Made by a program: the position numbers and the translations under genes. DNA of 63,026 bases, filler included, from Octopus bimaculoides (lineage: Eukaryota): NCBI RefSeq assembly GCF_001194135.2. It is 6 parts of 5 records of this genome, joined end to end, with 100 filler letters (N's around TTAATTAATTAA, not from the genome) between each part and the next. Parts side by side here need not be neighbours in the genome. Positions count along the whole stretch, not along the records: positions 1 to 29,169 come from NC_068992.1; 5 more parts are not named here. One strand, written 5' to 3'. This document shows positions 13,690-25,818 of this stretch, piece after piece. The first letter of the stretch is position 1. Each line of letters starts with the position of its first letter. Under the pieces are notes generated by a model. That model saw only the letters and a list, made by a program, of their open reading frames with translations. It was not told the DNA's origin and made no database searches.

Positions 13690-13799
13690 CAAAGGAAAAG
13701 CTTTTCTGTTAAATCGGTAAATGGTAAGATTCCTTGAAGATGGAATGTTATCAATTGAAATGTAATGTGTCAAAGAATCTTCCTTACTCTTTGCTGTTG
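13690..13799 (-). CDS. Candidate internal exon of an unidentified host gene
   Basis: Acceptor tgttttacag, donor TTG|gtaaat, and a 110-nt open frame ATAKSKEDSLTHYISIDNIPSSRNLTIYRFNRKAFPL. No homology recognised. Confidence 0.3.
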
Positions 13800-14156
13800 C
13801 TGTAAAACAATGACATACATAATACAACAAAAACAACAAATTATAGATTTGTAATGAGAGTATGTGATAAATATAGGGAACAGCAAATGTACATTATAAT
13901 TATGTTTGTGTGTATATGTGTGCACGTGTGTATTTATATAAATATATATGCTTCACTGTGTGTATGTATAGGTATTTACACATGCACACACACACACACA
14001 CATATATATACATACACATATAAATGCAACTATACCTTATTTATATGCACACAAAAATATATGCATGATGTCATACATAGTCATAAATACATATATATGT
14101 ATACATAATATATATATGTATGTATCTATGTGCATGTATATGTATGCATGTATATG

Positions 14157-14575
14157 AAGCTTGCATCTTAGCCACATGGTTCCAGGTTCAGTCCCACTGT
14201 GTGGCACCTTAGTCAAGTGTCTTTTCCTATAGCCTCAAGCTAATCAAAGCTTTGAGTGGATTGGATAAACAACAACTGACAGAATGCCATTTTATACTTA
14301 CATGTGTGTGCATACACATGTGTGGTGTGTGTATGCATGCACATCCTTGTGTCTGTGTTTTGCCCCACCAATTGCATGACAACCGGTGTTGGTGTGTTTA
14401 CATTCCTGTAAATTATTCTTTTAACAGAAGAGACCAATCAAAGAAATACTCAGCTTAAAAACAACATAAAACATAAAATAAACATCACGGTTGATTCATT
14501 CAACTGAAAATTGTTCAATGTGGTGCTCTGGCATGGCTGCAGTCCAATGACTGAAATAAGTAAAAGATAAAAGAT
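14157..14575 (+). mobile_element. tRNA-derived SINE family A, CpG-decayed copy
   Basis: Aligns with the copies at 32931 and 43662 (CCACATGGTTCC.GGTTCAGTCCCACTG.GTGGCACC), but CpG sites are converted to TG/CA. Confidence 0.85.
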
Positions 14576-14769
14576 ATGTGTATCTATAACTATGTATTTA
14601 TATCTATGTATTTCTATGTACATATATGTATGCATATACGTGTATGTATATTATTTAAACTTCATCCCACTGGGGGAGGTGGTCTCCATTTTTCCATACA
14701 TGATCAGCTATACCCGATTTTTCAATATCTCCTTGTGTCACAGCTCTGCGATGTTCGTCTACCCTTAGA

Positions 14770-14825
14770 TTAAGAGCGTGGGCTACTAACCCCAAGATTC
14801 CGTGTTCGATTCCAGGCAGTGACCT
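14770..14825 (+). mobile_element. tRNA-like SINE head
   Basis: GGG-CTACTAA-CCC anticodon-like arm and a B-box GTTCGATTCC, followed by an (AAT)n tract; the acceptor stem is incomplete. Confidence 0.55.
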
Positions 14826-14984
14826 GAATGGCAATAATAATAATAATAATAATAACATTGAAAAATACCTTAGGAATGAGAACCGAGGCTCGAACTTTTC
14901 CCAACCAATCCCGTCTCACCCATGCAATCAAGGAAAAGCCAATGCTAATGGATGGTGATACTGATGCTGATGATGTTGATGCTT

Positions 14985-15255
14985 TATACATACATTGGCA
15001 TTTGGCTAAGTGGTTACACCATTTCAAGCATGGCCATTGCCAGTACCGCCTGACTGGCCTTCGTGCCGGTGGCACATAAAAGCACCCACTACACTCTCGG
15101 AGTGGTTGGTGTTAGGAAGGGCATCCAGCTGTAGAAACTCTGCCAAATCAGATTGCAGCCTAGTGTAGCCATCTGGTTCACCAGTCCTCAGTCAAATCGT
15201 CCAACCCATGCTAGCATGGAAAGTGGATGTTAAACGATGATGATGATGATGATGG
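14985..15255 (+). mobile_element. Repeat family D (RTE-type 3' end with (GAT)n tail)
   Basis: AAGGGCATCCAGCTGTAGAAAC...CCAACCCATGCTAGCATGGAAAG...(GAT)n; related copies at 23555, 41225 and 42781. Confidence 0.75.
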
Positions 15256-15739
15256 TTTATATATATATACAGACCCACACACATACACACAATACATTTT
15301 TCTGTTTTGAGAATTTCTTTCCTTTCAACTTATCCGTGAACTGCAGGGCTCAGGCTAAAACCTTGGATTTTCACTTCTCACACCAAGTTCCCTGTATTCT
15401 TTGTATTGGTGTTATTAAATAGCACAAATCTTGCAGATGCCAACCAATACCAGTCTTCTTGGAGTCTATTTGATCGTATATATATATGTGTCTGTGTGTG
15501 TGTGTGTGAATGTACATGTATACATTTATATATATGTCAGTGCTCTTGTATTTACATGTAGTACATTTTGAGTATACTGTATGTATAGCAGTCATGATGA
15601 GTGTGTAATTGGAGAAAATAAAAGATGTGTTGATACTGTGGATTGATGAGGTATAATAAATGTTTGATAGAAAAATAAATTTAATTTGATAATTGCTTTC
15701 TGTCGTTTGATGAGATGCTGACTAATGTAGCTATATAGA

Positions 15740-16280
15740 GAGTTTGTAGTGGTAATAATGGTATGTGGAGAGGTGAGGTGGTGTACTGGTGGTGTTGATA
15801 GTAGTGGTGGTGGTACTGGTTGTGGTGGTGCTGGTGGTAGTGAAGATCAGGGCGGTAGTAGTTGTGGTTCTGGTATTCTTTGTGGTAGCAGTAGTAGTGA
15901 TGGCAGGTATTGGCACTGGTAGCAGTTGTAGTAAAAGTAGTGATTAGGATGGTGGTGGTGGTGGTGGAGCTTGTAGTAGTTATGATAGTGGTAATGACTG
16001 TGATGGAGACGGTGTTGGTGTTGGTTGTGGTCATTGTGGCACTTGTGGTAGTTGTAGAAATGGTTGTTGTGGAAATAGTTTTTGTTACTGAGGAAGTAAT
16101 GAAGTAGTTCTTGTGATGGTGGTGGTGGTGTGTCGTAGCTGTGGTGATGTGTATAACAGTGGTGGCTATGGAAGTGATTATCGTGCTAATACTGATAATG
16201 GTTATAGTAGTGATGATGGTGACAGTGCTGATGTTGCTACAGGTGGTGGTTATGCGATGGTGTAGGTGATAGTAGTTAAG
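15740..16280. repeat. Degenerate (GTG/GTA/GAT)n low-complexity block
   Basis: Read directly from sequence; it produces the spurious Thr/Val-rich ORFs. Confidence 0.85.
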
Positions 16281-16595
16281 CAAGTAGGCGGTGGTGTAGC
16301 TTTTAAGAGATTCTGATGAATTTAATAGGTATTTGATGCTAAATTCTACTGTCTATAGAATGGTACTGAGTGGAAGATAGAGGTGGTTGTATACGTTAGT
16401 GGGGGTAGAGTAGGCTGGGAGATGACTGAAGAGGGGAGAGGGTAGCTGTGGGTTTCAGGAGAAGGGAATATATTGTCAGACAGAATTATATAAAAGTGAT
16501 ATAATATTCCTAATGAAGAATTAAAACTACAAACAGCATAAGATGCATGAATATATATACAGACATATGTGCATATATGCATATGTGTATGTGTA

Positions 16596-16639
<44 letters not shown>

Positions 16640-17182
16640 AATGTAAAGATACATACAGGTATGTAAGAATATATGTATATATAAATATATATTCATATAA
16701 ATATAGATATTTTTATAAATATGTGTGTATTAGTGTATCTGTCTAGCTGTCTGTCTGTCTGTATGTATGTATGTAGGTATTATGAATGTATGTATGTATG
16801 TGTGTACATTTATGTCTATTTGTGTATGTGTGAGCATATTAACAGTTGGGGAGAGATAACAGCTGTGGAGTTTAAGAGGAATGAGAAAGAATAAGGAAGA
16901 GAAGGTGTGGAGATGAAGGAGTGAAGGACAGAAAGAAGAACCGAGTGGTGGTGGGAACTAGGGGCAGAAGATGATAATGGTGTGAAGAACAACAACAATA
17001 ACAAAAACAAGATACTAATAAAAAAAAAAATTTTTTTAACTATTCTTTTATTTTTTTAAGAAAACACAGTTGCACTTATTTTAGAATTTACCATTTAATC
17101 GTTGTAAAGACAGAGTGTTCATTACTTGTAGATGTGAAGAATATCAATGTGAATAATTTGAAAATCTTTAATGAACTTTCAG

Positions 17183-17295
17183 GTTTCTTCAAGATTCTGT
17201 CAATGATATTATTGATTGCTCATCATATCATAGTAATTATATTCTAATTAAGATTAGAAAAGTAAATACTGCTGGAAGTGCTTCAGCACACACAG
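17183..17295 (+). CDS. Candidate exon; competes with an overlapping minus-strand candidate at 17092-17196
   Basis: Acceptor aactttcag, donor CAG|gtatga, and a 113-nt open frame FLQDSVNDIIDCSSYHSNYILIKIRKVNTAGSASAHT. No homology recognised. Confidence 0.3.
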
Positions 17296-17611
17296 GTATG
17301 AATTTATATGTATTTACACTCTTAAATAAACAAATGTGCATGTGTTGGAATGCACAAAGCAAATTCATGCATATACACATGTAAATTTATACACATACAA
17401 GCACACGTGCACACATACATAAATACACATTCTCTCTCTCTCTCTGTATACACACACACACACACACACTCACATATACAAACAAATATTCATCACTATT
17501 ATTTCTTTGTTTGTGAGATTATGCATACACACACACACACACACATATATGAACATTGAAGTGTGTCAAATAGATATGAGAGGATGCTCAATACATGGAG
17601 AGTGTATGGTT

Positions 17612-17822
17612 TTTCTTTTATTCTTTTACTCGTTTCAGTCATTTGACAGCAGCCATGCTGGAGCACCACCTTTAGTCGAGCAAATCAACCCCAGGACTTA
17701 TTCTTTGCAAACCTAGTACTTATTCTATCAGTGTCTTTTGCTGAACCACCAAGTTGCAGGGACGTAAACACACCAACATCAGTTGTCAAGCAATGGTGAA
17801 AGGACAAACATAGACACATAAA
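17612..17822 (-). mobile_element. SINE family A, 3' half, CpG-decayed
   Basis: Reverse complement of the family A tail (GCCATGCTGGAGCACC.CCTTTAGTCGAGCAAATC.ACCCCAGGACTTATTC). Confidence 0.85.
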
Positions 17823-17827
17823 CATAT

Positions 17828-18789
17828 ATATAATCTTCTGTGATGTGATCTTTTCAGTGTGGGGTCGACCATTGTCCTGATGAAACATCACTCCTTTAGA
17901 TTCACTAAAGCGGGTCTTTTTTCCTCAAAGCTTGGTTCAAACGCTCTAATTGCTGACAGTAGACTTGAGCATCGATTGTTGCATTAGGTGGTAACAATTC
18001 AAAGTGAATTATTCCTTTGCAATCCCACCAGATAGAGAGAAGAACCTTTTTCCCATGAAGTTCCCTTCTCGGTTGTGGTTCAGCTTTTTCCCTTTTACCA
18101 AGCCACTGTTTACAATGTTTAACATTTTGATAGAAGATTCATTTATCGTCACCAGTCACAAGTCTATCAAAAAAGGGTGAAATGAGTTCACAAGAATGGA
18201 GAGAAGAGCAGATGTCAACTTGGGATTTGTGGTTGCTTTTGGACAAATCATGAGGCACCTATTTTCCAAGTTTAGGAACCTTTCCAAGTTGTTGAAGATG
18301 ACGGTGAATAGTTGTATGGTTTGAACTAAGCTTTATTACCAGTTCTTCAACTGATAATGCAGGATTTTCTTCAAGTAATGCCTCAAGGAGCTTATCATCA
18401 AACTCAACTGGATGTCCTGTTTGATCTTCATCTTCAAGGCTGAAATCTCCATTTCTGAATTCTGCAAACCATCTTCTGCAAGTTCTTTCATTCAAGCATT
18501 CTTTCCCATAAACTGAGTGTATGTTTCGAGTCACTTTAGCTGCAGAATTTCCTTTTTTGTACTCATAAAGCATTATGTGCCTCAAATGCTCTTTGGATAC
18601 TTTCATGTTAGAAAGGGTTTTAATCAAAGAAATTTTAATTCTATTATCTTGTAAAATAATATTTAATTAGTTTAAATGTACACAAATGCATAAAAATAAT
18701 TTTTAATTCCATTAGACATTCTAAAATACTATTAAATTTCATTCAATTTTAAAAAGGTAAAATCGGACAGAACTTATGGGATAACCTGA
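17828..18789 (-). mobile_element. Mariner transposon, 5' TIR through second catalytic Asp; 3'-truncated
   Basis: TIR TCAGGTTATCCCATAAGTTCTGTCCG next to TA. The frame reads KEHLRHIMLYEYKKG...RTCRRWFAEFRNGDFSLED, *VPHDL, LVTGDDK*, IWWDCKGIIHFELLPP and HQDNGRPH, with nonsense codons at conserved Trp positions. Confidence 0.92.
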
Positions 18790-19449
18790 TATTTGTTAAT
18801 ATGAGTATGTTAGGTCAACTGGTTATGACCAGAATATTAAGTCCTGCATATATAAATGTATCCATATATACATATGTGTAAAAGGAGTTTTGCATAATTC
18901 AGACCATATGTTGTTTGAATTGTAAGTTTTCAGGTGTTTGTATATATGTGTATGTTGTTATCAAGAAAGTTTTTAAAAGATTAAAAGCTATAGAAACACT
19001 TCATAGAATAAAGTGAATGTAGGCATTAGATTGTTATGTGAGTCTGGGGAAACATATTCACAGACAAAACAAACAAATTATATACAACAGATGAAGACAA
19101 AAAAAGCACCTGAACACCAGCATAACAAAATGCCAGCCCCAACTTATACAGCACAGGAAGCATAGAAGCTGAAGTCCAAGCAATGCAACTACAAATAGAA
19201 GACTGAACTGTGGTTGTCTTGCAACTAGACAAGCATATGAAACAAAGAAAGATCCTAAACTGAACTTTACAAGCAGCCTCAACCACAAATAAATAGATCC
19301 CATGGAAAGAGAACTTGGCATAGTAAGCAAAATACCTTGACAACCATCAATTCCCCCCCCCCCCCAAAAAAAAACGACCATCAATTGAACTTCTACAATA
19401 CAATATAAGTACACCTGTCATAAACAGGTTCAGTTACATAAGAGACAAA

Positions 19450-20480
19450 ACTGGTAAATTCACTTTATTCAACATCGAAAATTCTTATTGTAAAAAACAC
19501 TAGGGTTTGAGAACAACTTTGTCATAACCACCAGTCAAGAATTAGACATCAATATGTGTACAAGAAAATTCTTCGTTTATCACAACTATTTAGCTGAGGT
19601 ATAACTGGAAAATAATATGCCATCTGATGTCACCTTGAGATGCTTGATAGTACAGAAATGTATGAACTTGTAGGGTTGTATATCTTGGAATGAATAAGCA
19701 AAATATTCATGAAATCCAATGTAAGTTTATATAGAGAAGATGGCCTAGTCATTTCATAAGATATGGATTGACAGAAACTTGATAAATTTTGAAAAGACTT
19801 AATAAAGGCCTTTGATCCTCTAGTATTCAGATTATTTTACCAAATGCAATCCTTGTTTATTCCCATTGTTTTCAATTAATTGTGTATTATTTTGTAGCTT
19901 TGAGATTTTGATGATGTGATTGTTTGTCTTTTTGATTTGAATGACATTGTATGATAGGGGTAAGATGTTGGATCTGGCCAATTTGGATATAAAAGAGGCA
20001 AAATATTTTGGCCAGATATGACCAATTCAAATGCTAAAGAGTTAAGGAATTTGATATAAAAGCAACAGTGAAAATCAACCACTTGGCATTAAACTACCTG
20101 AATGCTGGGAATTGTGGCCCAAACAGAGAACCTAAGGAAATACCTTTATACATAAGCATGAACCACTTAGCTCTGATGATCAAAAACCTAGCCAGCAATA
20201 TAAACTGGGGAATCTCCAAAATTTTACAATAAAGCTTTAGAAGTAAGTGGATTCAAAGAGAAAATGCAATATATACTTAAGACACCACAGACATACAATA
20301 AACAAATGAGACATCATCTGCACATACATTCCTAATACTAAGGCACTTCTCAACAGAATATAAATGCAACAAATTATTCCACAGAAGCAATACAAAAGTT
20401 ACCTATTGCTGCAAAAATACAGTCACAAAGCAGCAACATGTGAAAGAATGCACAACATACAGCAACAAACTCAAGTAACG
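19450..20480 (+). mobile_element. Penelope-like element reverse transcriptase remnant, interrupted by a MITE
   Basis: DSTEMYELVGLYILE...NVSLYREDGLVI...KDLIKAF[MITE]KEFDIK, plus a later EIPLYI..NH and YNKALEVSGFKE, resemble the PLE RT signature FDGAEICELVGLYIL...LYRDDGL. Confidence 0.7.
19816..20041. mobile_element. TTAA-inserting MITE, diverged copy
   Basis: Colinear with 44338-44558, with ends TCCTCTAG...CTAAAGAG and flanks TTGA/TTAA. Removing it restores the PLE frame (AFKEF). Confidence 0.7.
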
Positions 20481-22129
20481 GCACCATGACAAAAACGGGC
20501 TAATTTTAAGGAAAGTGTTAATAAAACAAGCACAGTCTACAATGCTGTCACCGTCAAAAGACATCTGCAAGTTAAATGATACAACATAATTGTAAGCATA
20601 AAATGGAAAATAACAGACTGCCCACTATCATAAATAAATTGTTCTCGAATCTGTTCTTTATATACCACAGGGAAATAGTAAATAATCATACATAATGTAC
20701 AAACTCTAAACAAAAAGACTGAGATCATGTCACACTGTCAACACCAAAATTCGTCTTTAGAAAATGGTCTGAAATCTAAACAAGATATGACACATGTCAG
20801 AACGGCTACACGCTCACAAGTCTTGACATTATTTAATATTTTCTTGCTTTGCTTGCTTCAGTCATTGAACTGCAGCCTAGAGGCCCATGTATAATTAAAT
20901 GTATATGCATTATATATATACATGTATGTTTGTGTATGTAGTCATTAGAGTATTGGATAAAATGCCACATAGTTGTTTCAACTCTTTTTGTTTTGAGTTT
21001 ATTTCCCCAAAAGTTCAATTTTGTCTGGCATTTTCCCAGTTTCAGACAATAATGCACTAGATAAGGCCTGCGATTTAGTGAATCTTGTAGAAGCTCAGAT
21101 GAGAATGCGTTTGAAGTTGTAGAAAAACAGTCAAGTGAACTTCTTGTTATCTTTTCTTAACTAAATTCTTTCAGCAATGTAGCACAAGAATTTCTGACAT
21201 ACTTTTTGCAATCTTTTTGACATTTCTTGCAGGTGAATCGTAATTATCACATTTTCACATTTTCAGGCTTGCAACATAGCAAAAGATTATTTTCTGTTGT
21301 TATTGTTGGTAGTGGCAATAAGAGTTGTTGTTGTGCAGTTCGTTTCAATTTTCTCATTTAATAATATAAATTTTGTCATTTATAAGTATCATCACTTAAA
21401 GTCGCATTTTCACCACTTTTTCACACGTGATTCTTAGATTCTAGCTGTGTTTATAATTTTGTCCATTTTTACATATTTTCTCCTTTTCCAAAACAGTCTT
21501 TGTGTCTGTGAATGTTTAGTCTGCATATTCACTGTTGCCATTCTTGTGATCTGCATCTCCTCTGACTACTAAAGAACTGAACATTTGAAGCCAAGATATA
21601 ATTATATCTAAATAGTGGTTAGCAAAAATACATACACACACAGTATAATATCAAACTACAGAGATTCCCTGAAAGTGGATTGAATGTTGAAATATTCTGA
21701 AAAATGTTGTTGGTGAAAGGAAATCAAATAAGTTAATATTTCTAACTAAAAATCCTGGATGAAATCACTTATGAGAATTCTGTATAACATTTTCATGCAC
21801 AAAAACAACAACAAAAGCAATTACACTACTACTAATAGCAATGGTTTTTAATATAGTCACAAGGCTGTCAATGGTTGCTTAGCTTAATGGTACAGAGAGT
21901 GCTTAGTTGAAAATTTGGAGATGCAGGGTTCGACTCTCTGTAGCAGCTACCTGGTCACTATTTTTTATGGTGGTGAACTGGCAATTTTTTTAGCATGCTA
22001 GAATAAACTATGTTCTGTTGTTACCGTTATTCCTCGTGTTGTTGTATTTCTGGATTTTAATGATTAATATGAGAACTGGGGAGAGATGGCCGAGCCATCA
22101 TATCTCATCCAAATCTTATAAATATAACA

Positions 22130-22290
22130 AAGAGTTTTGTCTGCCATGATGACATTTTTGGACGACTGCATATGATGTGGGTGATATCTTGAGTATGAAC
22201 TCCACAAAGTCTGCATTGGTTGTTACATTTTATAGCTTTTCCTGCATCTCTATCCCTTTTGTGCATCAGGTACTTGGTTGATATTTCCTG
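22130..22290 (-). mobile_element. R4/Dong-like LINE C-terminal CCHC remnant
   Basis: KYLMHKRDRDAGKAIKCNNQCRLCGVHTQDITHIICSRPKMS matches the CRxC..E.I.HIISxCP motif. Confidence 0.7.
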
Positions 22291-22797
22291 TTCCTAGATG
22301 TATGTATGTATGTATTCCTACATGTATGTACACATACACACATAGTTTTCAACACTAGCATTAAAGACAGAACAAAAGCATGAATCCCTTTTCTGTCCAT
22401 ATTTATCTGTCTTCTCCATATGTATAATGACAGGTGTAGGCATGTCATTATACATGGGTATATTTATATGAATATGATAGCGGTATGATTTTTCTGTCTG
22501 GCTGTTTGAGTGTATGTGTGTGTGAATGTACACAAAATTTTTCTTAACAGGATCATTTAGTTAACTTATAAAAAATAAGATACAATTATTGAAAATAAGA
22601 AATTTCCCGTTTTGATATGTCTTAGCCTTATGATTTAATTAAATGTTTTTAATGATTGTGTTGAGGAATTTATGCGTTTATCTGTATATTTACATTAATA
22701 CATACTAAGAGACATACAGACAGCACTTTTGTCATATTTTGTGAGAATATGTATATGAGTATATGCATGTGTCATTATAGAGAGTAAGAACAAAGAA

Positions 22798-22848
<51 letters not shown>

Positions 22849-22962
22849 AGGGGAAGGAAATAGACAGCAAGAAAGAAGATTCATATTTTGTTTTTGTTTC
22901 AATATTCAACTGAGCTTTCTTATAAAATATCTCTCTATCTAACTACCTGTCTATCTAATTAC

Positions 22963-23048
22963 CTATCAGTGCTTTCATCTTGAGCTCTCGTCCATTGCAC
23001 AAGCTGTCTAGACAATTCACAAGCACTGTCCACCTCAGTTTCATTCAT
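22963..23048 (-). CDS. Candidate first coding exon of an unidentified gene
   Basis: ATG-initiated frame MNETEVDSACELSRQLVQWTRAQDESTD, preceded by an in-frame TGA and ending at AG|gtaatt. No homology recognised. Confidence 0.35.
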
Positions 23049-23384
23049 TCATTCTTTTTAGAAAAGTAGTTGAATGGTTATTTTCTTACACTCACATTTA
23101 TATTCCTCAAGTGCTTCATGAACTACATTCATTCTTTAGAGACAATACATCACAAGATGGCAATGTTCTCTATGAAAATAGATCATGTGAAAAATATATA
23201 TGCATTTTGATCTATGAAATATCGCTTTTAGTTCCGTATTGGCCTACCTTCTTTTATTTAATACTTTCTTTCATACATACCTATCTATATTTCAGTGGAG
23301 CAAAATATTTATTCCAGGCATAAAACAATGGGCCATGCACTTTCAGCAGTAGCAGCAGCAGTAGTAGTAGTAATAATGATGATT

Positions 23385-23520
23385 GATTTTCAAATTTTGG
23401 CACAAGGCCAACAATTTTAGAAGGAAGGGGTCAGTCAATTATACTGACTCCGGTGTTTAACTGGTACTTTATGTTATTGACCCTGCTAAACAATGGAAGA
23501 CAAAGTTGACTTTGGTGGGA
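23385..23520 (-). mobile_element. SINE family C fragment, CpG-decayed
   Basis: CAAATTTTGGCACAAGGCC...AACTGGTACT...AAAGTTGAC; same family as 37854-38045. Confidence 0.7.
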
Positions 23521-23554
23521 TATAATAATGATAATATCATGATCATCTTCAGCA

Positions 23555-24180
23555 TCATCATCATCATCATCATTTAGCATCTGTTCTGCATGTTGCCATG
23601 GGTTAAAAGGGTTGATTGGGACTGGTAAGCCGGAGAGGTGTACCAGGCTCCAGTCTGATTTGGCTTGGTTTCTATGGCTGGACGACCTTCCTAATGCTAA
23701 CCACTCCAAGAGTGTAGTGAGTACCTTTTATGTGTCACCAGCATGGGTGCCATTTGTGTCACCAGCACTGGCCATGATTATGATTTCACCTGGTTTGACG
23801 TGTCTTCTCAAATTCAGCAAATCTCTAAATGTCTCAATCACCTGTCATCTCCTCCATGAGACTCAAGAAATGCAAATTATACTGCACCACGTCGTCCTAT
23901 GTCTTCCCGGGTCTACCTCTTCCTCTGGTTCCCTCAACAGAGATCAGCACTTCTTTATACAGTAGTCCTCATCAATATGCATTACGACCATGCCAGTGCT
24001 GTCGTCTCTCTTGCACACCACACCTGATGCCTGTTATTGCCAATTTTTCTCTCAAGATGCTTACATTCTGTCGTACATGCACAGTGACATTTTACATCCA
24101 GCAAAGCATACTAGCCTCATTTCTTTCAACCCTTCACATGTCTTCTGTAGTCACAGGCCATGTTTCACTACCCCAGCTTC
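23555..24180 (-). mobile_element. 3' end of an RTE LINE (ORF2 C-terminus, 3'UTR and (GAT)n tail)
   Basis: GSETWPVT...ERNEASMLCWM...LREKL...VEGTRGRGRPGKT*DDVV, followed by the family D 3' sequence. Confidence 0.85.
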
Positions 24181-24249
24181 TGCATTGACCACTAAATAAG
24201 GGAGCAGGGGACCCTGCCAAATAATTATCATAATAATAATACTAATAAT

Positions 24250-24712
24250 AGTGGTTTCAAATTTTTGCACAAGGCCAGCAATTTTGGGAGGATGGGATAA
24301 GTTGATTGCATCCAACCCAGTGCTCAACTGGTACTTACTTTATAGATCCTGGAGGGATGCAAGGTAAAGTAGACCCCAGCCACATTTCAACTAAGAATGT
24401 TAAGAGCCAGATGAAATGCTACTATGTGTTTTGTCTTATGTGGTAATGATTCCACCAGCTCACCGCCTTTCTAATATTAATAATAATAATAATTTTTATT
24501 ATGATTTCAAATTTGGCACAAGGCCAGCAATTTTGGGGGAAAAGTAAGTCCATTATATCGACCCAGTAATCAACTGGTACTTATTTTATAAACCCCAAAA
24601 GGGTAAAGGGACAAGCCAACTTTGACAGAAATAAAATCAGGATATAAAGAGAAGTGAAATGCCACTAAGCATTTTGCCTGGCATAGTAACAATTCTGCCA
24701 ACTTGCTGTCTT
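24250..24712 (-). mobile_element. Two head-to-tail SINE family C copies
   Basis: Two repeats of TTTCAAATTT..GCACAAGGCCAGCAA...CAACTGGTACTT...CCAGCTCACCGCC-like sequence separated by (AAT)n. Confidence 0.8.
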
Positions 24713-25632
24713 AATAATATTACTTAAAATAATAAAGAAGAAGGAGAAGAGGAGGGTGTTAGTCGTCAAAGACCATGCAAAGAATTCTTTCAGAAACATT
24801 TATCTTAAAACACTTGTATTTTCAAAAATAAATCTAGAAGATTCTATAAATGGCGATATATTCTAAGAACTAGAAGCTGGCATTGTTCTGTTTTAGAATA
24901 ACTGACAAAGTTAGGAAATTTTTTTAATTATTTTAACCATTCTTTAAATGTCTATTATTGTGACACTTTGAACTGCAACAGAACAGAAGAAGAATTTTTT
25001 GCAGTTAATATTCTCTAAGTTCTTTTGTGCTTTGGCTGGATTTGTTTGTTGTTGTTGCTTTGTTGTTTGTTTGTTTGTTTTTGATGATGTTGATATTTTT
25101 AATGTTGTTTGTGTCTCAGACGATTGGGAATCTGTTTCCGACATGTTATCTAGAACATCATCATCTCCAACGCCAGTTTCACCCCACCCACCCCCATCTT
25201 TATTACATCAACATCATTATTATTGCGATCATTGACATCACCATCATTGATATCATTCTTAAGCGCATCACTGTCACATGGTTTCCTTTATAACTGTCAA
25301 TGCATTTCAATCTATGATTTTGTCTGTCTGCCTCCCCCCTCTCTCTGTCTGTCGGTTTGTCTCTGTCTATCCCCCTTTCTCTTAAACACACACACACACA
25401 GGTTGTAAGAGGTATTTGAGGACGTATTTGCTAATTTAATAAAACAACCGAATTCTATCAAAAAGCAATATCCATTTTAATAAAAATTTGTGCACGTTAT
25501 TGATAAGTATCTTTATAAGATGGGGTATTCTGTAAATTTTGCATTAGTTCCGATGACTGTTTCATTATGGGACAAGAATATTTGAAATACTTTCAATAAA
25601 TGGTCCTTATTCTTTTTGGACATCCTCCAGAC

Positions 25633-25818
25633 CAGTGGTTTCCAACCTTTTCACTTCCAAGGATCTTCTGTATTTAAATCTGTTTTCCCATGGGCCCCTG
25701 TTAATATGATTATCCTTATGTATATATATAGATATAAATTTTGAATTTAGTTCACGGACCCCCAGTACTACCTTTGCAAACCATCAGGGATCCATGGACC
25801 ACAGGTTGGGAACCATTG
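25633..25818. mobile_element. hAT (Charlie-type) MITE
   Basis: TIRs CAGTGGTTTCCAACCT / AGGTTGGGAACCATTG; degenerate 8-bp TSD ctccagac / atcaagat (5/8), similar to the nTCTAGAn consensus. Confidence 0.8.

Noticed and set aside
14770-14825. Functional tRNA gene (also the tRNA-like heads of SINE families A, B and C, and 50796-50829)
   Set aside because: The cloverleafs are incomplete, lack a paired acceptor stem, and are embedded in SINE or LTR context.
15681-16283. Thr/His/Ser/Val-rich ORFs resembling mucins (also 12199-12524, 29271-29780, 34725-35186 and 53610-54071)
   Set aside because: They are translations of trinucleotide or dinucleotide microsatellites, open on both strands, with no splice or domain support.
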